Below, piece by piece: positions 9,968-19,608 of a stretch of DNA of 64,000 nt. The translations under genes and the position numbers were made by a program. The notes under the pieces were generated by a model. The model searched no databases. It was not told the origin of the DNA and worked only from the letters and a program-made list of their open reading frames with translations. Source of the DNA: Barthelona sp. PCE (taxonomy: Eukaryota); the NCBI GenBank assembly GCA_040285745.1, contig JAUFOR010000003.1:992001-1056000 (forward strand), written 5' to 3'. Each line of letters starts with the position of its first letter. The first letter of the stretch is position 1.

Positions 9968-10789
9968 TTACTCTGCTTTCTCTTTTCCAAACCTTCTACG
10001 GCGCTGACTGTACGTGAAAAGGCACTTGTCAAAAACTGTTGATGAAAAATCTGGCCAACAGCACTGTTCAAAGATGAACTCTGCATATGAACACTGCCAC
10101 AGTAAGAAACCGCTTAGGCGCTCCTCGCCTGACGTCCTGATCATAAGATCCACATCTCCCGATTCATCACAGTACATATTTTCAGAAATACCTTCTTCAG
10201 TTATTTCTTTTGCATTTTCAACACTGTTTATAATCTCATCACGGCCGGAGTAGCTCAGTGCAAATATGAACGTTGGTCCTGTGCTATCCTTTGTGTTATC
10301 TTCAGCCTTTTTGATAAGATCCTGAATCTCTTCACTAAAGTCCGTCACTTTTCCAATAGCTTTGAACCTTGCGTTGTTGTCTTTGATGTGTTTCTCTTGT
10401 TTAACCAAGAAATCTTTCAGTAAATTAATGAGAAAGTCAACCTCAGTTTTTTCACGAGACCAGTTTTCCTTAGAAAAACAATAAAACGTACAGAATGGAA
10501 TCTGTAGTTCGATCACACGCTTAACAAGCTTTTCAACAACCTTTGCTCCTCGCCGATGTCCTTCTGTTCGTGGCAATCCTCGCCTCTTTGCCCAACGACC
10601 ATTTCCATCCATTATGATACCTATGTGCCTCGGTTTCCGTTTAGATGGCAATGTTTCCCAGTTCTTATCTATGAATTGTGAATACTGACGATGTTTAAAA
10701 TAATGACAAAGTTTTCTGTTGAGATAGAACACAAAACCCGTGCATAAAACCCCTATTACAAACGATATAACGTGTGAATAAAGCAACAT
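9968..10789 (-). CDS. uppS: cis-prenyltransferase, undecaprenyl diphosphate synthase type, with N-terminal TM
   Basis: PRHIGIIMDGNGRWA, FSKENWSR, LSYSGRDEI, DLMIRTSGEERLSGFLLWQ and C-terminal RRFG. Confidence 0.92.
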   Translation of the reverse strand: MLLYSHVISFVIGVLCTGFVFYLNRKLCHYFKHRQYSQFIDKNWETLPSKRKPRHIGIIMDGNGRWAKRRGLPRTEGHRRGAKVVEKLVKRVIELQIPFCTFYCFSKENWSREKTEVDFLINLLKDFLVKQEKHIKDNNARFKAIGKVTDFSEEIQDLIKKAEDNTKDSTGPTFIFALSYSGRDEIINSVENAKEITEEGISENMYCDESGDVDLMIRTSGEERLSGFLLWQCSYAEFIFEQCCWPDFSSTVFDKCLFTYSQRRRRFGKEKAE

Positions 10790-10831
10790 TGCTTGGAATG
10801 GTGTGATCTTATGTTATCCACACTAAATCTT

Positions 10832-12115
10832 TTACTTTCGCCACCAAGACGATTTCTTACGCTTCCCCAGCCATGATTCTGGTGTTGCCTCTGGATATTG
10901 CCCCAAACGCATGATGTTATGTGGAATATGAGGTCGGATCAATTCTTTACCCAAATTATAAAAGGCACTGGCCATGACTGTCACCATTTCATCCTCTGTT
11001 CGCTTCTCGCTATCTTTCATCTCCTCCAAAGTCGATATTTGCATCTTCAAATTCACAATATCTTTCTCCAATGCTGTAACAGTTTCATCGTTGGGCATAG
11101 TCACGACAGCGGGCTCCTCACCAGATCCTCCATTGGGCGCAGGGCTCGCTTCCAGCTCAACAATTCGTTGCTTAAGTGTAGTTATTTGCATCTGTGCGCT
11201 CTCCAGCTCAAACTCGAGATCGTCATCAACAACACCGTTTCCTACCTTCTCTAGTTCTGAGACCCGATCCTTGAGTGCCTGGTTGTCCGATAGCGCAACA
11301 TGTAGACTTCCCTCTGTTTCAGCGATCCTTTCTTGAAGATTTTTCACAGTATGAGTATCAACCTGTGAGAGCATCTTCTGCGCTGTCTCCAGTTGTTTCT
11401 TTGTGTCGTCCAGTTCCGTTAGTACGTCGGCGTGGTTCTTCAGCCGCCCATTGGCAATTTCATACAATTTTGACAACGATTCCAGCTTCTCTTCCAGTTG
11501 AGCGTTTGTCTCCCTGAGATCACTTACCTCCAACTCAAGGTTGTTCTTTTCGAACCCAATATCCTTCAACAAGCTTATCTCGTGCTTTTGCTCTCCAACG
11601 ATTATTTCAAGATCTGCGTTTTCGCTCTCAAGTGCACTCACCTTACTGTAAAGTTCTTCAATCTGACGTGTATACTCATCTACGGAGATGTCTTCGTTCT
11701 CTTCCACGTCAAACTCCAGAAAAAGATCCCTAACAAGCATCATTAAGCTGTCCTGTACCTCCTGCTCCAGGCTAATAATTGTTTCAATATAGTCCCTTGA
11801 AGCATGTCTGATGCATATGAGCAATGTGAGGGTACATACCCGCTGAAATGCTGTCTCTTTCCCCTCAATAAGATCGTCTAATGAAATTTTTAGAGGATTC
11901 TCAATATGAGGATACTGAGTACTGTAATGACTCAACAAAATGTCAAAATAGTGATGGCTGATGCCTATGTGGGTGTCTGGTGTTGTAGGTGTTGACAAAT
12001 GTGAAAGAACATCCTTAAAGAAGGCTAAAAATGATGGATGCTTACAAACATCCATATATGTCTCTCCTTCAGCCTCAGCGACCGCTTTTGCCCATGATAG
12101 AAGACTGTCCGCCAT
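10832..12115 (-). CDS. HOOK: HOOK-family dynein/microtubule adaptor
   Basis: DSLLSW N-terminus, YIETIISLEQEVQDSLM, long coiled coil, C-terminal MASAFYNLG and SWL motifs. Confidence 0.7.
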   Translation of the reverse strand: MADSLLSWAKAVAEAEGETYMDVCKHPSFLAFFKDVLSHLSTPTTPDTHIGISHHYFDILLSHYSTQYPHIENPLKISLDDLIEGKETAFQRVCTLTLLICIRHASRDYIETIISLEQEVQDSLMMLVRDLFLEFDVEENEDISVDEYTRQIEELYSKVSALESENADLEIIVGEQKHEISLLKDIGFEKNNLELEVSDLRETNAQLEEKLESLSKLYEIANGRLKNHADVLTELDDTKKQLETAQKMLSQVDTHTVKNLQERIAETEGSLHVALSDNQALKDRVSELEKVGNGVVDDDLEFELESAQMQITTLKQRIVELEASPAPNGGSGEEPAVVTMPNDETVTALEKDIVNLKMQISTLEEMKDSEKRTEDEMVTVMASAFYNLGKELIRPHIPHNIMRLGQYPEATPESWLGKRKKSSWWRK

Positions 12116-12159
12116 GATATAAGAGAAAAACAAATAAACATAGCCTGCTCAATCAATAT

Positions 12160-13248
12160 TTACAGTTCTTTCTCCATTGCGTATTCTCCTATATCACAGA
12201 GTACCCACGGGCTTGCCATAACAGTATGTAAAACTCTTCCGAATATACTGTCGCAACTTCCCTCACAAACATCACAGTTACCACCCCATTCCTCGAAATA
12301 ATCATCTAAATAGCTCTTTATAGTCTTAAAAACGTTCGCTTTCACACATTTAAGCGGTGCACCAGTGCATGTAACGTTCCCATTAGCATCAATTACAATT
12401 GAACTATGATCACTGCACTTGGCTGCCTCAGACTCAAAATATTCAAAGTGGTTAAGGTCACATCCGTGCGAAGTGCCATCTATAAGAACGAAACTGGGGT
12501 GAACTGGATCGAGAGCAGCTTCAACAAATGTATCGGACATATTTAAAAACTTATTATCGAAGAAAAGTACGTCACGAGCAACCCATCGTACTGTTCGTGT
12601 GTCCTGGACCAATTTCATTTGCCCTGTAACACTCGCTGAATCGATACGCTTGCCCGACCAACAAAATTCATGCTTTAGTACGAGAACAGAACCAAGATCG
12701 TCCCACACAAAGCATACATTCTGCCCACTGTGCACCATGCGTGGTGATACTTCGTGCCATTCACAAAAATCAGAGACCTTTGCAATTTGTAGAGTGGCAC
12801 AGTGAGAAAAATCAAACATATAAACAGTATCTCCCATGTGTGCGTACAATAGAGTATAACAGGTGCAGCACTGTGGAATATGCGGCTGTGTATCCCACTC
12901 TTCCAGCGTCATCAAGTATTCGTCCAACGTTTCTGGGTCGTATGTTCCACTTTCGGTCAGCATGTGAAGAGCAGCGTGAATAACTGCCGAAGTTTGGTGC
13001 GCGCAAAGATTCTTCGTTGTCATTATAGGTTTTGAGAACGTGCTCACACTATACCTTCCACTGGTATGCATTAATACACAATAAAAGACATCTGATGTGT
13101 CTGTAGACGCGTCCACGAAAGTAACAGACCGATTCCCAGAGTAAACGCATGCCCCATGGCTAATTGGCAACTGAAAAGAAAGCGAAAGTTGTTCATCAAC
13201 GACTAACTCGTTTTCTCCTCTTATTTCGTAACCTTTAGCCCGATTCAT
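12160..13248 (-). CDS. hypothetical protein (beta-rich, lineage-specific)
   Basis: Long ORF; likely start ATG 13248. Confidence 0.65.
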   Translation of the reverse strand: MNRAKGYEIRGENELVVDEQLSLSFQLPISHGACVYSGNRSVTFVDASTDTSDVFYCVLMHTSGRYSVSTFSKPIMTTKNLCAHQTSAVIHAALHMLTESGTYDPETLDEYLMTLEEWDTQPHIPQCCTCYTLLYAHMGDTVYMFDFSHCATLQIAKVSDFCEWHEVSPRMVHSGQNVCFVWDDLGSVLVLKHEFCWSGKRIDSASVTGQMKLVQDTRTVRWVARDVLFFDNKFLNMSDTFVEAALDPVHPSFVLIDGTSHGCDLNHFEYFESEAAKCSDHSSIVIDANGNVTCTGAPLKCVKANVFKTIKSYLDDYFEEWGGNCDVCEGSCDSIFGRVLHTVMASPWVLCDIGEYAMEKEL

Positions 13249-13312
13249 GGTCAATTCCCCAAAGATATATCCCAAAAATGATTTTGTTTCCTGAAATAAG
13301 TTCTTTTATCAT

Positions 13313-13753
13313 TTACAACCCCATTTGGTAGAAATATTCCGACACACGATCGGCTTCGCTTCGTACCTGGACCTTAAGAAGCTCATTCTCAATGTAGTCA
13401 TCCTTCAAGTAAAAAGGTGCAAGGAGAATAGTTTTGTGGTTCTTAGTCATGTAAATTGCCTCCCTCTTGCTTAAATCACGATTATAAGCAATGACACCAC
13501 GTTTACTACGTGGTTTAATGTGATTATCAACCAAAAAATACTGCTGATCTTCACCGTTGACACATAAGTGCAGGTCTGAGCTGGAGTTGAATGCTGCATG
13601 TAACTTACCTGTATCAGACGGTTTGATGGAGATATCTCCAGCATAAGTGACGCCATCGTAACCCAACACCGCACAATCGTGCAACTCCTCTTTCTTGTCA
13701 AGATAACTTGTGAAACGGTCCCAGTCCTTCTTGATTTGCTTCGTGTAGCTCAT
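13313..13753 (-). CDS. profilin-like protein
   Basis: WDRFTSYL...CAVLGYDGVTYA at the N-terminus and ADRVSEYFYQMGL at the C-terminus match the profilin pattern; ATG 13753. Confidence 0.7.
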   Translation of the reverse strand: MSYTKQIKKDWDRFTSYLDKKEELHDCAVLGYDGVTYAGDISIKPSDTGKLHAAFNSSSDLHLCVNGEDQQYFLVDNHIKPRSKRGVIAYNRDLSKREAIYMTKNHKTILLAPFYLKDDYIENELLKVQVRSEADRVSEYFYQMGL

Positions 13754-14193
13754 AATACTCGAAAATAGCTTTAAGAATAAATGCAGAACTTTCAAGCAAC
13801 CAAAAACCTCGCAATCTTCAACACTATGTTCTTTGCTTTTACCAGCTGTAATTCGCTCTGAATACCGAGTTGGATAATCTAAAAAAAACTGATATCCACC
13901 GTAAATGGACAATAATTTCTCTGTGATAATATCATCAAATATTGAATAAACAGCATACCACGGCCACAGTACAAACAATTACAACACAAAAAAGTAATGT
14001 AAAAACGAGAAAAAAAATCTCCCCATAACATTAATAAACCCCAAAAGTCCCCTGAAAAATACAATAAACTTTGCTAAAAAAGTACCTGTAGAACAAAAAA
14101 CTAACACATGAAGGAAAGAAGATGCAAAGCAGCTCGTTACGCGTTTCTCCCTTCTTTACAATCATTTTAGTTGCATTTAGCAACAAAACAACC

Positions 14194-14685
14194 ATGTCAT
14201 ACTCCCTGGGCGCGTTTTCAGTACAGAAATCCAAGCAAAGAGAATACATTGAGAAGATTGGTCTTGCTGCAATCACTGTCATGTTTGTTCTCTCCCTGGC
14301 TTGGTGCTTCCTTTCTATTGGAAGCTCCAAGCTCTTCCTCATAGGGCTCATTGGCATCCTCCTTATTGGAGTGCCTTTCTTTATCCTAATTTACTGGAAT
14401 ACCAAAGAACCTCTTGAACAGAAGTATATGGATCTCTATTACATCTATGGAATCGGCCTCTTCCTGGTGTGCCTTCTTGTATTCCAATTTTCGAGAGTAT
14501 ATCCTCCTCCAAAGTGCCCCATCTGTCCTTCCACTCAGTGTGGCGGTACAGGTTTTTGGGACCTCGACTTCAGACAGTGTCACTATCGTAGAGATCCCAT
14601 GGTCTATGCTAGAATCATCAATGATGATAACCAGTTTACTTGGAAGACATACGCCAAAAACTGTACGCTCAACTGTCCTCAGTAA
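14194..14685 (+). CDS. small multi-pass membrane protein with Cys-rich tail
   Basis: Three hydrophobic segments followed by CPICPSTQC...C...C. Confidence 0.6.
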   Translation: MSYSLGAFSVQKSKQREYIEKIGLAAITVMFVLSLAWCFLSIGSSKLFLIGLIGILLIGVPFFILIYWNTKEPLEQKYMDLYYIYGIGLFLVCLLVFQFSRVYPPPKCPICPSTQCGGTGFWDLDFRQCHYRRDPMVYARIINDDNQFTWKTYAKNCTLNCPQ

Positions 14686-14701
14686 GTTATGCAATAAAAC
14701 G

Positions 14702-15388
14702 TTAGTATTTCCGCTGTCCGAATATAGCACTACCTATACGGACGTAATTGCTTCCGCAACGCAGAGCATGATCAAAATCGGAGCTCATACCCATGCTCAA
14801 CAGCAGAGGTCTTCCCAATCGCTCCTCATACTCCTCTCTGATGACTCTCATGCTCTCAAATACAGTGAGGTCGTTTTGCTGACCGATGGTCATGAATCCC
14901 AACATGTTCAGGTGCGGACACTCGGTTTCAATAACATTAACAATCTGCTCCAACGCATCACCTATCTGTACGCCGCTCTTTGTCTCCTCTGTTGATGTGG
15001 AGACCTGAACAAAACACCTTAAAATTTTCTCATGTTTCGCCAGTTCTTTCTCAAATTTCCTAGCTATTTTTTCTCTATGAAGGGTCTGTATCACCAAATT
15101 CTCGACTTCTACAAGTGATTTTACCTTGTTAGACTGAATTGGTCCAATGCAATGCCACTCAATGTCTTGTGGTAATATTTGTGATTTTTCAACCAATTCC
15201 TGCACGTAATTCTCACCAAAAAGACGCTGCCCTGCTTCGTATGCAGTCTTTATCATTACTGAAGGCTTTCTCTTAGATACAGCAACCACTTGTGCACTTG
15301 CAGATATGCTATGCACATTATTCTTTATACCATTGAGTCTGTTAATCAGTTCATCCTCGTTGAACTCTTCTCTGTATCTATCCGCCAT
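14702..15388 (-). CDS. PLPBP: pyridoxal phosphate homeostasis protein (YggS/PROSC)
   Basis: VVAVSKRK, FGENYVQE, WHCIGPIQSNK, LSMGMSSD, VRIGSAIFG. Confidence 0.95.
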   Translation of the reverse strand: MADRYREEFNEDELINRLNGIKNNVHSISASAQVVAVSKRKPSVMIKTAYEAGQRLFGENYVQELVEKSQILPQDIEWHCIGPIQSNKVKSLVEVENLVIQTLHREKIARKFEKELAKHEKILRCFVQVSTSTEETKSGVQIGDALEQIVNVIETECPHLNMLGFMTIGQQNDLTVFESMRVIREEYEERLGRPLLLSMGMSSDFDHALRCGSNYVRIGSAIFGQRKY

Positions 15389-15640
15389 TATTATGCTTGT
15401 GAAAATGAATAAAAAGAAAACAAGCTACTTGTTAGTTTATTTTGTGCTTACTGTGACTTTTTTCCATGATATTCCCCTTATAGTAAAGTGAATCATGATA
15501 CCGCTCTTACAATGAAATATAAAATCAACAGGTTCATCTAATTACGTGTTTCATCAACATCCCCTCCATAAATCGTTCCGTCTTCTCACTTGTAAGAGTT
15601 GTAGCAAAATGAAAATGCTGTGATCTGACACAAAACTTAA

Positions 15641-15808
15641 TCAATCATTCTTTGGCTTGGAATCATCACCTTCACTCTTCACCAGTTCAAGCATCGACTG
15701 CCAATACTCAAGAACACGCTGTTTGTGTGGGTTTCCGTCAAAATGCTTTCTACGTACGGTTTCAGAGTCCCTTGTGAGGAACACATCGCAGTAGTGACAG
15801 TAAAACAT
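15641..15808 (-). CDS. SNRPC: U1 snRNP protein C, minimal 55 aa (absent from ORF track)
   Basis: Manual translation MFYCHYCDVFLTRDSETVRRKHFDGNPHKQRVLEYWQ... matches the U1-C zinc finger (FYCDYCDTYLTHDS.SVRK.H..G..HK..V..YYQ). Confidence 0.9.
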   Translation of the reverse strand: MFYCHYCDVFLTRDSETVRRKHFDGNPHKQRVLEYWQSMLELVKSEGDDSKPKND

Positions 15809-15895
15809 ATGCCACAATCCCCCTATACAAAAAATGAAACGGAAAAAACACTTAACATCTTGGATTCTACATTTCTTCCCATTTCATATTTATTA

Positions 15896-17341
15896 ATGAC
15901 CCAAACCAAAGAACATCTTATTGACGAGATTCCCACAACCGTCAAGGACCTTGATGCTGATGAGCTTGAACATCGACCAGAAATTATCGAATCTCTATGC
16001 ATGAACTGTCATGAGAAAGGAGAGACAAGGCTTCTCCTTGTGCGCATTCCCTTCTTCAGAGAGATTGTTTTAAGCAGTTTCAAGTGCCCTCACTGCAATT
16101 TCCGTGATTCATCTTTAATTAATGCTTCTACAATCGCTCCCAATGGTTGTGAATTCACACTGCGCGTGGCAGAGAACGCAGAGTTAAACAGAAGAGTCGT
16201 AAAGTCAGAATTCACTTCTGTTTCTGTTCCTGAACTTGGTCTCGATATACCAGCAAATGAACATTCTAAAGGAGAACTTACCACCGTTGAGGGTGTTATC
16301 ATGCGTGTTGGAGAGGGAATTCGTCAGGATCTGCCCTATTATTTAGTTAATGATCCTGATACCGCAGCCAAATTCTCACAGTTTCTTTCCAGATTGGATG
16401 CGCTGATCCACCAGGAGGGCGAATTCGAACCCTTCACATTCATCATTAAGGATCCCAGTGGTAACTCCTTTGTTGAGTCAACGTACGCACCCCACCCTGA
16501 CCCCTACCTTTTTGTCGAGCACCATGCGCGTACTGAAGAAGAAACTATCAAGCTGGGTCTCCCCGTAGCCGAGGTCGCCGAGGTTGACGCCAAGCACAAG
16601 CACGCACAAAGATACACTGACACTGACACGATTATCAGTGAAGGATTTATTGCTGAACGGTTTGCACAGAGACTCGAGATGGAGGAGTGTCCTGAAGAGG
16701 TTGCAATCATTCCCTTCCCATGTCCCATGTGCCAAACTGATGGTGAGAACCGTCTGAAACTGGTTGACATTCCATATTTCAAGGAGACGCTAATTATTTC
16801 TTTCAAATGCGAAACATGTGGCTTCAAGAACGTTGAAGTTAAGGCTGGTGGCTCTATTGACTCCCATGGTACCCGCACCACTGTTGTAGTTAACCACCAC
16901 GATGATCTCAACCGTGATCTGCTCAAGTCTGACAGTGCTCAAGTTGTCATACCCGAGATTGGACTGGAGTTGGCCCCTGGTACTCTGGGTGGGCTCTTCA
17001 CTACTGTTGAGGGTATTCTTCTCAAGGTTAAGGAAGAGCTTCGCAGAACACACGGTTTCGTTCTTGGTGACAGTGCTATCACAACCCAGAAGAAGGAGTT
17101 TGATGTTTTCTTCAACGAAATTGATGAGTGCATGAAGCTCGAGCGTTCTTGGACACTTGAATTAGTAGATCCTCTTTCAAACTCATTTATCCAGTCTCTC
17201 ACTCCTCCGATTGCTGATCCGAAGCTTGTCATCGAAAGATACGAGCGTTCTGATGAAGAAAACGAAAGATACGGAATCGATGCTCTCATGGAACTCGATG
17301 CTCGAGAGAAAGCTGAAGCAGAGGCCAATAAACAACAGTAA
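15896..17341 (+). CDS. ZPR1: zinc finger protein ZPR1
   Basis: Two C4 fingers (ESLCMNC..CPHC; CPMC..CETC), IPFFRE/IPYFKE, TTVEG repeats, DPSGNS/DPLSNS. Start is ATG 15896 because the longer frame overlaps U1-C. Confidence 0.95.
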   Translation: MTQTKEHLIDEIPTTVKDLDADELEHRPEIIESLCMNCHEKGETRLLLVRIPFFREIVLSSFKCPHCNFRDSSLINASTIAPNGCEFTLRVAENAELNRRVVKSEFTSVSVPELGLDIPANEHSKGELTTVEGVIMRVGEGIRQDLPYYLVNDPDTAAKFSQFLSRLDALIHQEGEFEPFTFIIKDPSGNSFVESTYAPHPDPYLFVEHHARTEEETIKLGLPVAEVAEVDAKHKHAQRYTDTDTIISEGFIAERFAQRLEMEECPEEVAIIPFPCPMCQTDGENRLKLVDIPYFKETLIISFKCETCGFKNVEVKAGGSIDSHGTRTTVVVNHHDDLNRDLLKSDSAQVVIPEIGLELAPGTLGGLFTTVEGILLKVKEELRRTHGFVLGDSAITTQKKEFDVFFNEIDECMKLERSWTLELVDPLSNSFIQSLTPPIADPKLVIERYERSDEENERYGIDALMELDAREKAEAEANKQQ

Positions 17342-17342
17342 A

Positions 17343-18506
17343 TCATCTCCTCGTTGGTTTTTCATCAAGGATAGGAACAAATTCGCCCAACTCCAAGTCG
17401 CTGATTGGTATATTGCCTCTTGTATGCGCTGTAGGATCGTTATTCGGCATAACAATGTTGAAAACGTCATTCAGAAGACTGTTTTTGAGCACGCGATCAG
17501 CTTGAGTGGTGCTCGACAACGAGGGAGAGGCGTTGACCTCAATCAACCATGGCTTTAGCTGATCGTCAATCATTACATCAAAACCATAGCACTCAAAACA
17601 ATGTTTATCGTTGCTGATCACGTTCTGCACAGACTTTAGTGAATGAATGATGATGAACTCAATTCGGTCAAAACAATTGGTAGTAGCCCGATATCCATAA
17701 ATCGCCTCAAGATGCAGTCTCAAATCCTCGACGCTCCACTTGCTCCCGTTAACTTCGTTATAGTTATCCGCATGCTTCTGAATCGCAATGTTCGATAGGT
17801 GGCGAACAGAATTTCCCAGCTCGCTCACATTGTTTGAGTACTTCTCAACACAGAATCGGCAGAACCCTTGCTTGTAGAGAAACGCACGGAGAGGACGATA
17901 CGACGTTACCAGTACATACAGCCTTAAGTCAAACTTACGTTCGGAAATTAGTAATGGGTTGTCAATATACTTTGAAATCAAATACGAATCTCGAGTTGAA
18001 ACTGTTGTGGCAGACGACCACTTCTGTGACCACTTCTGCAGTTGTGACATTTTAGAAACAATAAACACACCGGCGCCCTGAGCACGAGCTGGCGGCTTCA
18101 TAATCCATAAGGTACTGGGCTCTCTGCGGAAGTGTTCCTCAAACAGCGCCATCTCGTTTGGCAGGATGTATGTTGGCGGTATTAGGTCCAGAAGCGTGTA
18201 CTTACCAAATGCATCACGCATGCCGAGTGGATTATTCTCACGTTCCAACTCCTTTCTGTATCGTTTTATGTGACGCACCATCAAGTCCTTACGACACAGC
18301 GCATAGTTGTTGCTGAAATGATTGATAATCTGTCTGTCAGAGAAACGGAAGCGATTCTCTGGATGAAAAATACTTTTTGTTGAGCTAACTGTAGCCCAGT
18401 ATATGGACCATTCATCTCCTGTAGCGCGCTCAAGCCCCCTCGCCTCGAAATTCGATAAAATCGATTGTTTGTTGACATCACACTTGAAATATATTTGTTC
18501 GGTCAT
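17343..18506 (-). CDS. TTLL1: tubulin polyglutamylase TTLL1
   Basis: RKDLMVRHIKRYRKELE, WIMKP, KFDLRLYVLV, HCFECYGFDVMID, WLIEVNASPSL. Confidence 0.92.
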   Translation of the reverse strand: MTEQIYFKCDVNKQSILSNFEARGLERATGDEWSIYWATVSSTKSIFHPENRFRFSDRQIINHFSNNYALCRKDLMVRHIKRYRKELERENNPLGMRDAFGKYTLLDLIPPTYILPNEMALFEEHFRREPSTLWIMKPPARAQGAGVFIVSKMSQLQKWSQKWSSATTVSTRDSYLISKYIDNPLLISERKFDLRLYVLVTSYRPLRAFLYKQGFCRFCVEKYSNNVSELGNSVRHLSNIAIQKHADNYNEVNGSKWSVEDLRLHLEAIYGYRATTNCFDRIEFIIIHSLKSVQNVISNDKHCFECYGFDVMIDDQLKPWLIEVNASPSLSSTTQADRVLKNSLLNDVFNIVMPNNDPTAHTRGNIPISDLELGEFVPILDEKPTRR

Positions 18507-19046
18507 AATATGTAGTATAATTATGTAAAATGAAGCTCACCCAAGGTTTGATCGTGTTAGATATGCAAAAAATATGAAAAGGGTCGAAAAACGTTTACCA
18601 CCTTTGCAAAAACATTTTTAAAACAGTTTCACTTGAGTGCGACGAACCAGTTTGATATAGTTGTCTATTTTTAGTTCGGTTTATTGGAGTCTTATCCATA
18701 TAAATGCACATAAAAGCATGCAATTCATAAACCTTTAATAAGCAATAATATGGCATGCAAAATGCTATAAACTTCTCTTACCCTTCATTAATTGGTTCAA
18801 AATGTGTATTAATAGAGAGAAATTACATCGTGCTTTTTTTAAAGTAAAACTACACAAACACATTTATTAGTAACTTTAGTAATTATTCCATGAGCTCCAT
18901 AGGAAACTAAACAGTATAAAATACATTATCTGCATAAAGTTCCCAAAAAAATTTTTAACTTGCTATGCTCACAAAATTGTCAAATATGTAAACAATACTT
19001 ATATTACAGTTTGCTACTCTATTTAACAAAGCTTAAAAGCACAAAA

Positions 19047-19457
19047 ATGTGTCTTATCTCTCAAACAACCAAGATTCTAAAAAGGCTCATTTCTCCAACA
19101 TCTAGCACTCGTCCCCGCGTATCTATGGATATTAAATCCTGGATTAAATTCATTCTCAAGCGTGGTGATCTCCCTAAACCCTGCTTAATAGTCGCAATTT
19201 CCTATCTAAAACGTATTCAACAGACTTACCCTGAGTTCTATCTGGATATGGGCAACTTCCATCTTCTGTTCCTCACAGCCTGTATTGTTGCTAGCAACTT
19301 TGTTGAGGATAGATGCTATGATATAAAGTCTTGGAGTTACATCTCACAATACTTCACTCATCACGCTGTTAAAACTGCGCATTTGGAGATGTTGAACCTT
19401 CTTGATTGGAACGCATACATCGACGAGGCTAGTTACAATGCCTTGGTTCAAGAATAA
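19047..19457 (+). CDS. Pho80/cyclin-P-like cyclin
   Basis: LIVAISYLKRI, HLLFLTACIVASNFVED, WSYIS, LEMLNLLDW. Confidence 0.75.
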   Translation: MCLISQTTKILKRLISPTSSTRPRVSMDIKSWIKFILKRGDLPKPCLIVAISYLKRIQQTYPEFYLDMGNFHLLFLTACIVASNFVEDRCYDIKSWSYISQYFTHHAVKTAHLEMLNLLDWNAYIDEASYNALVQE

Positions 19458-19608
19458 ATATACTTTCCAACTTACAGGTTTGCTAAAATTTCTATTTCCA
19501 GTATATATTACCTAATAACGGGACAGTAAACACACAATAAACAATATAAATACTCAATAAACATCGAATAACTATCTGAACCTGCTTTATCAAAAATTTT
19601 TCCTTTTC

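Noticed and set aside
15725-15895. N-terminal extension of ZPR1 in the ORF track
   Set aside because: It uses a non-ATG start and overlaps the U1-C gene on the opposite strand.
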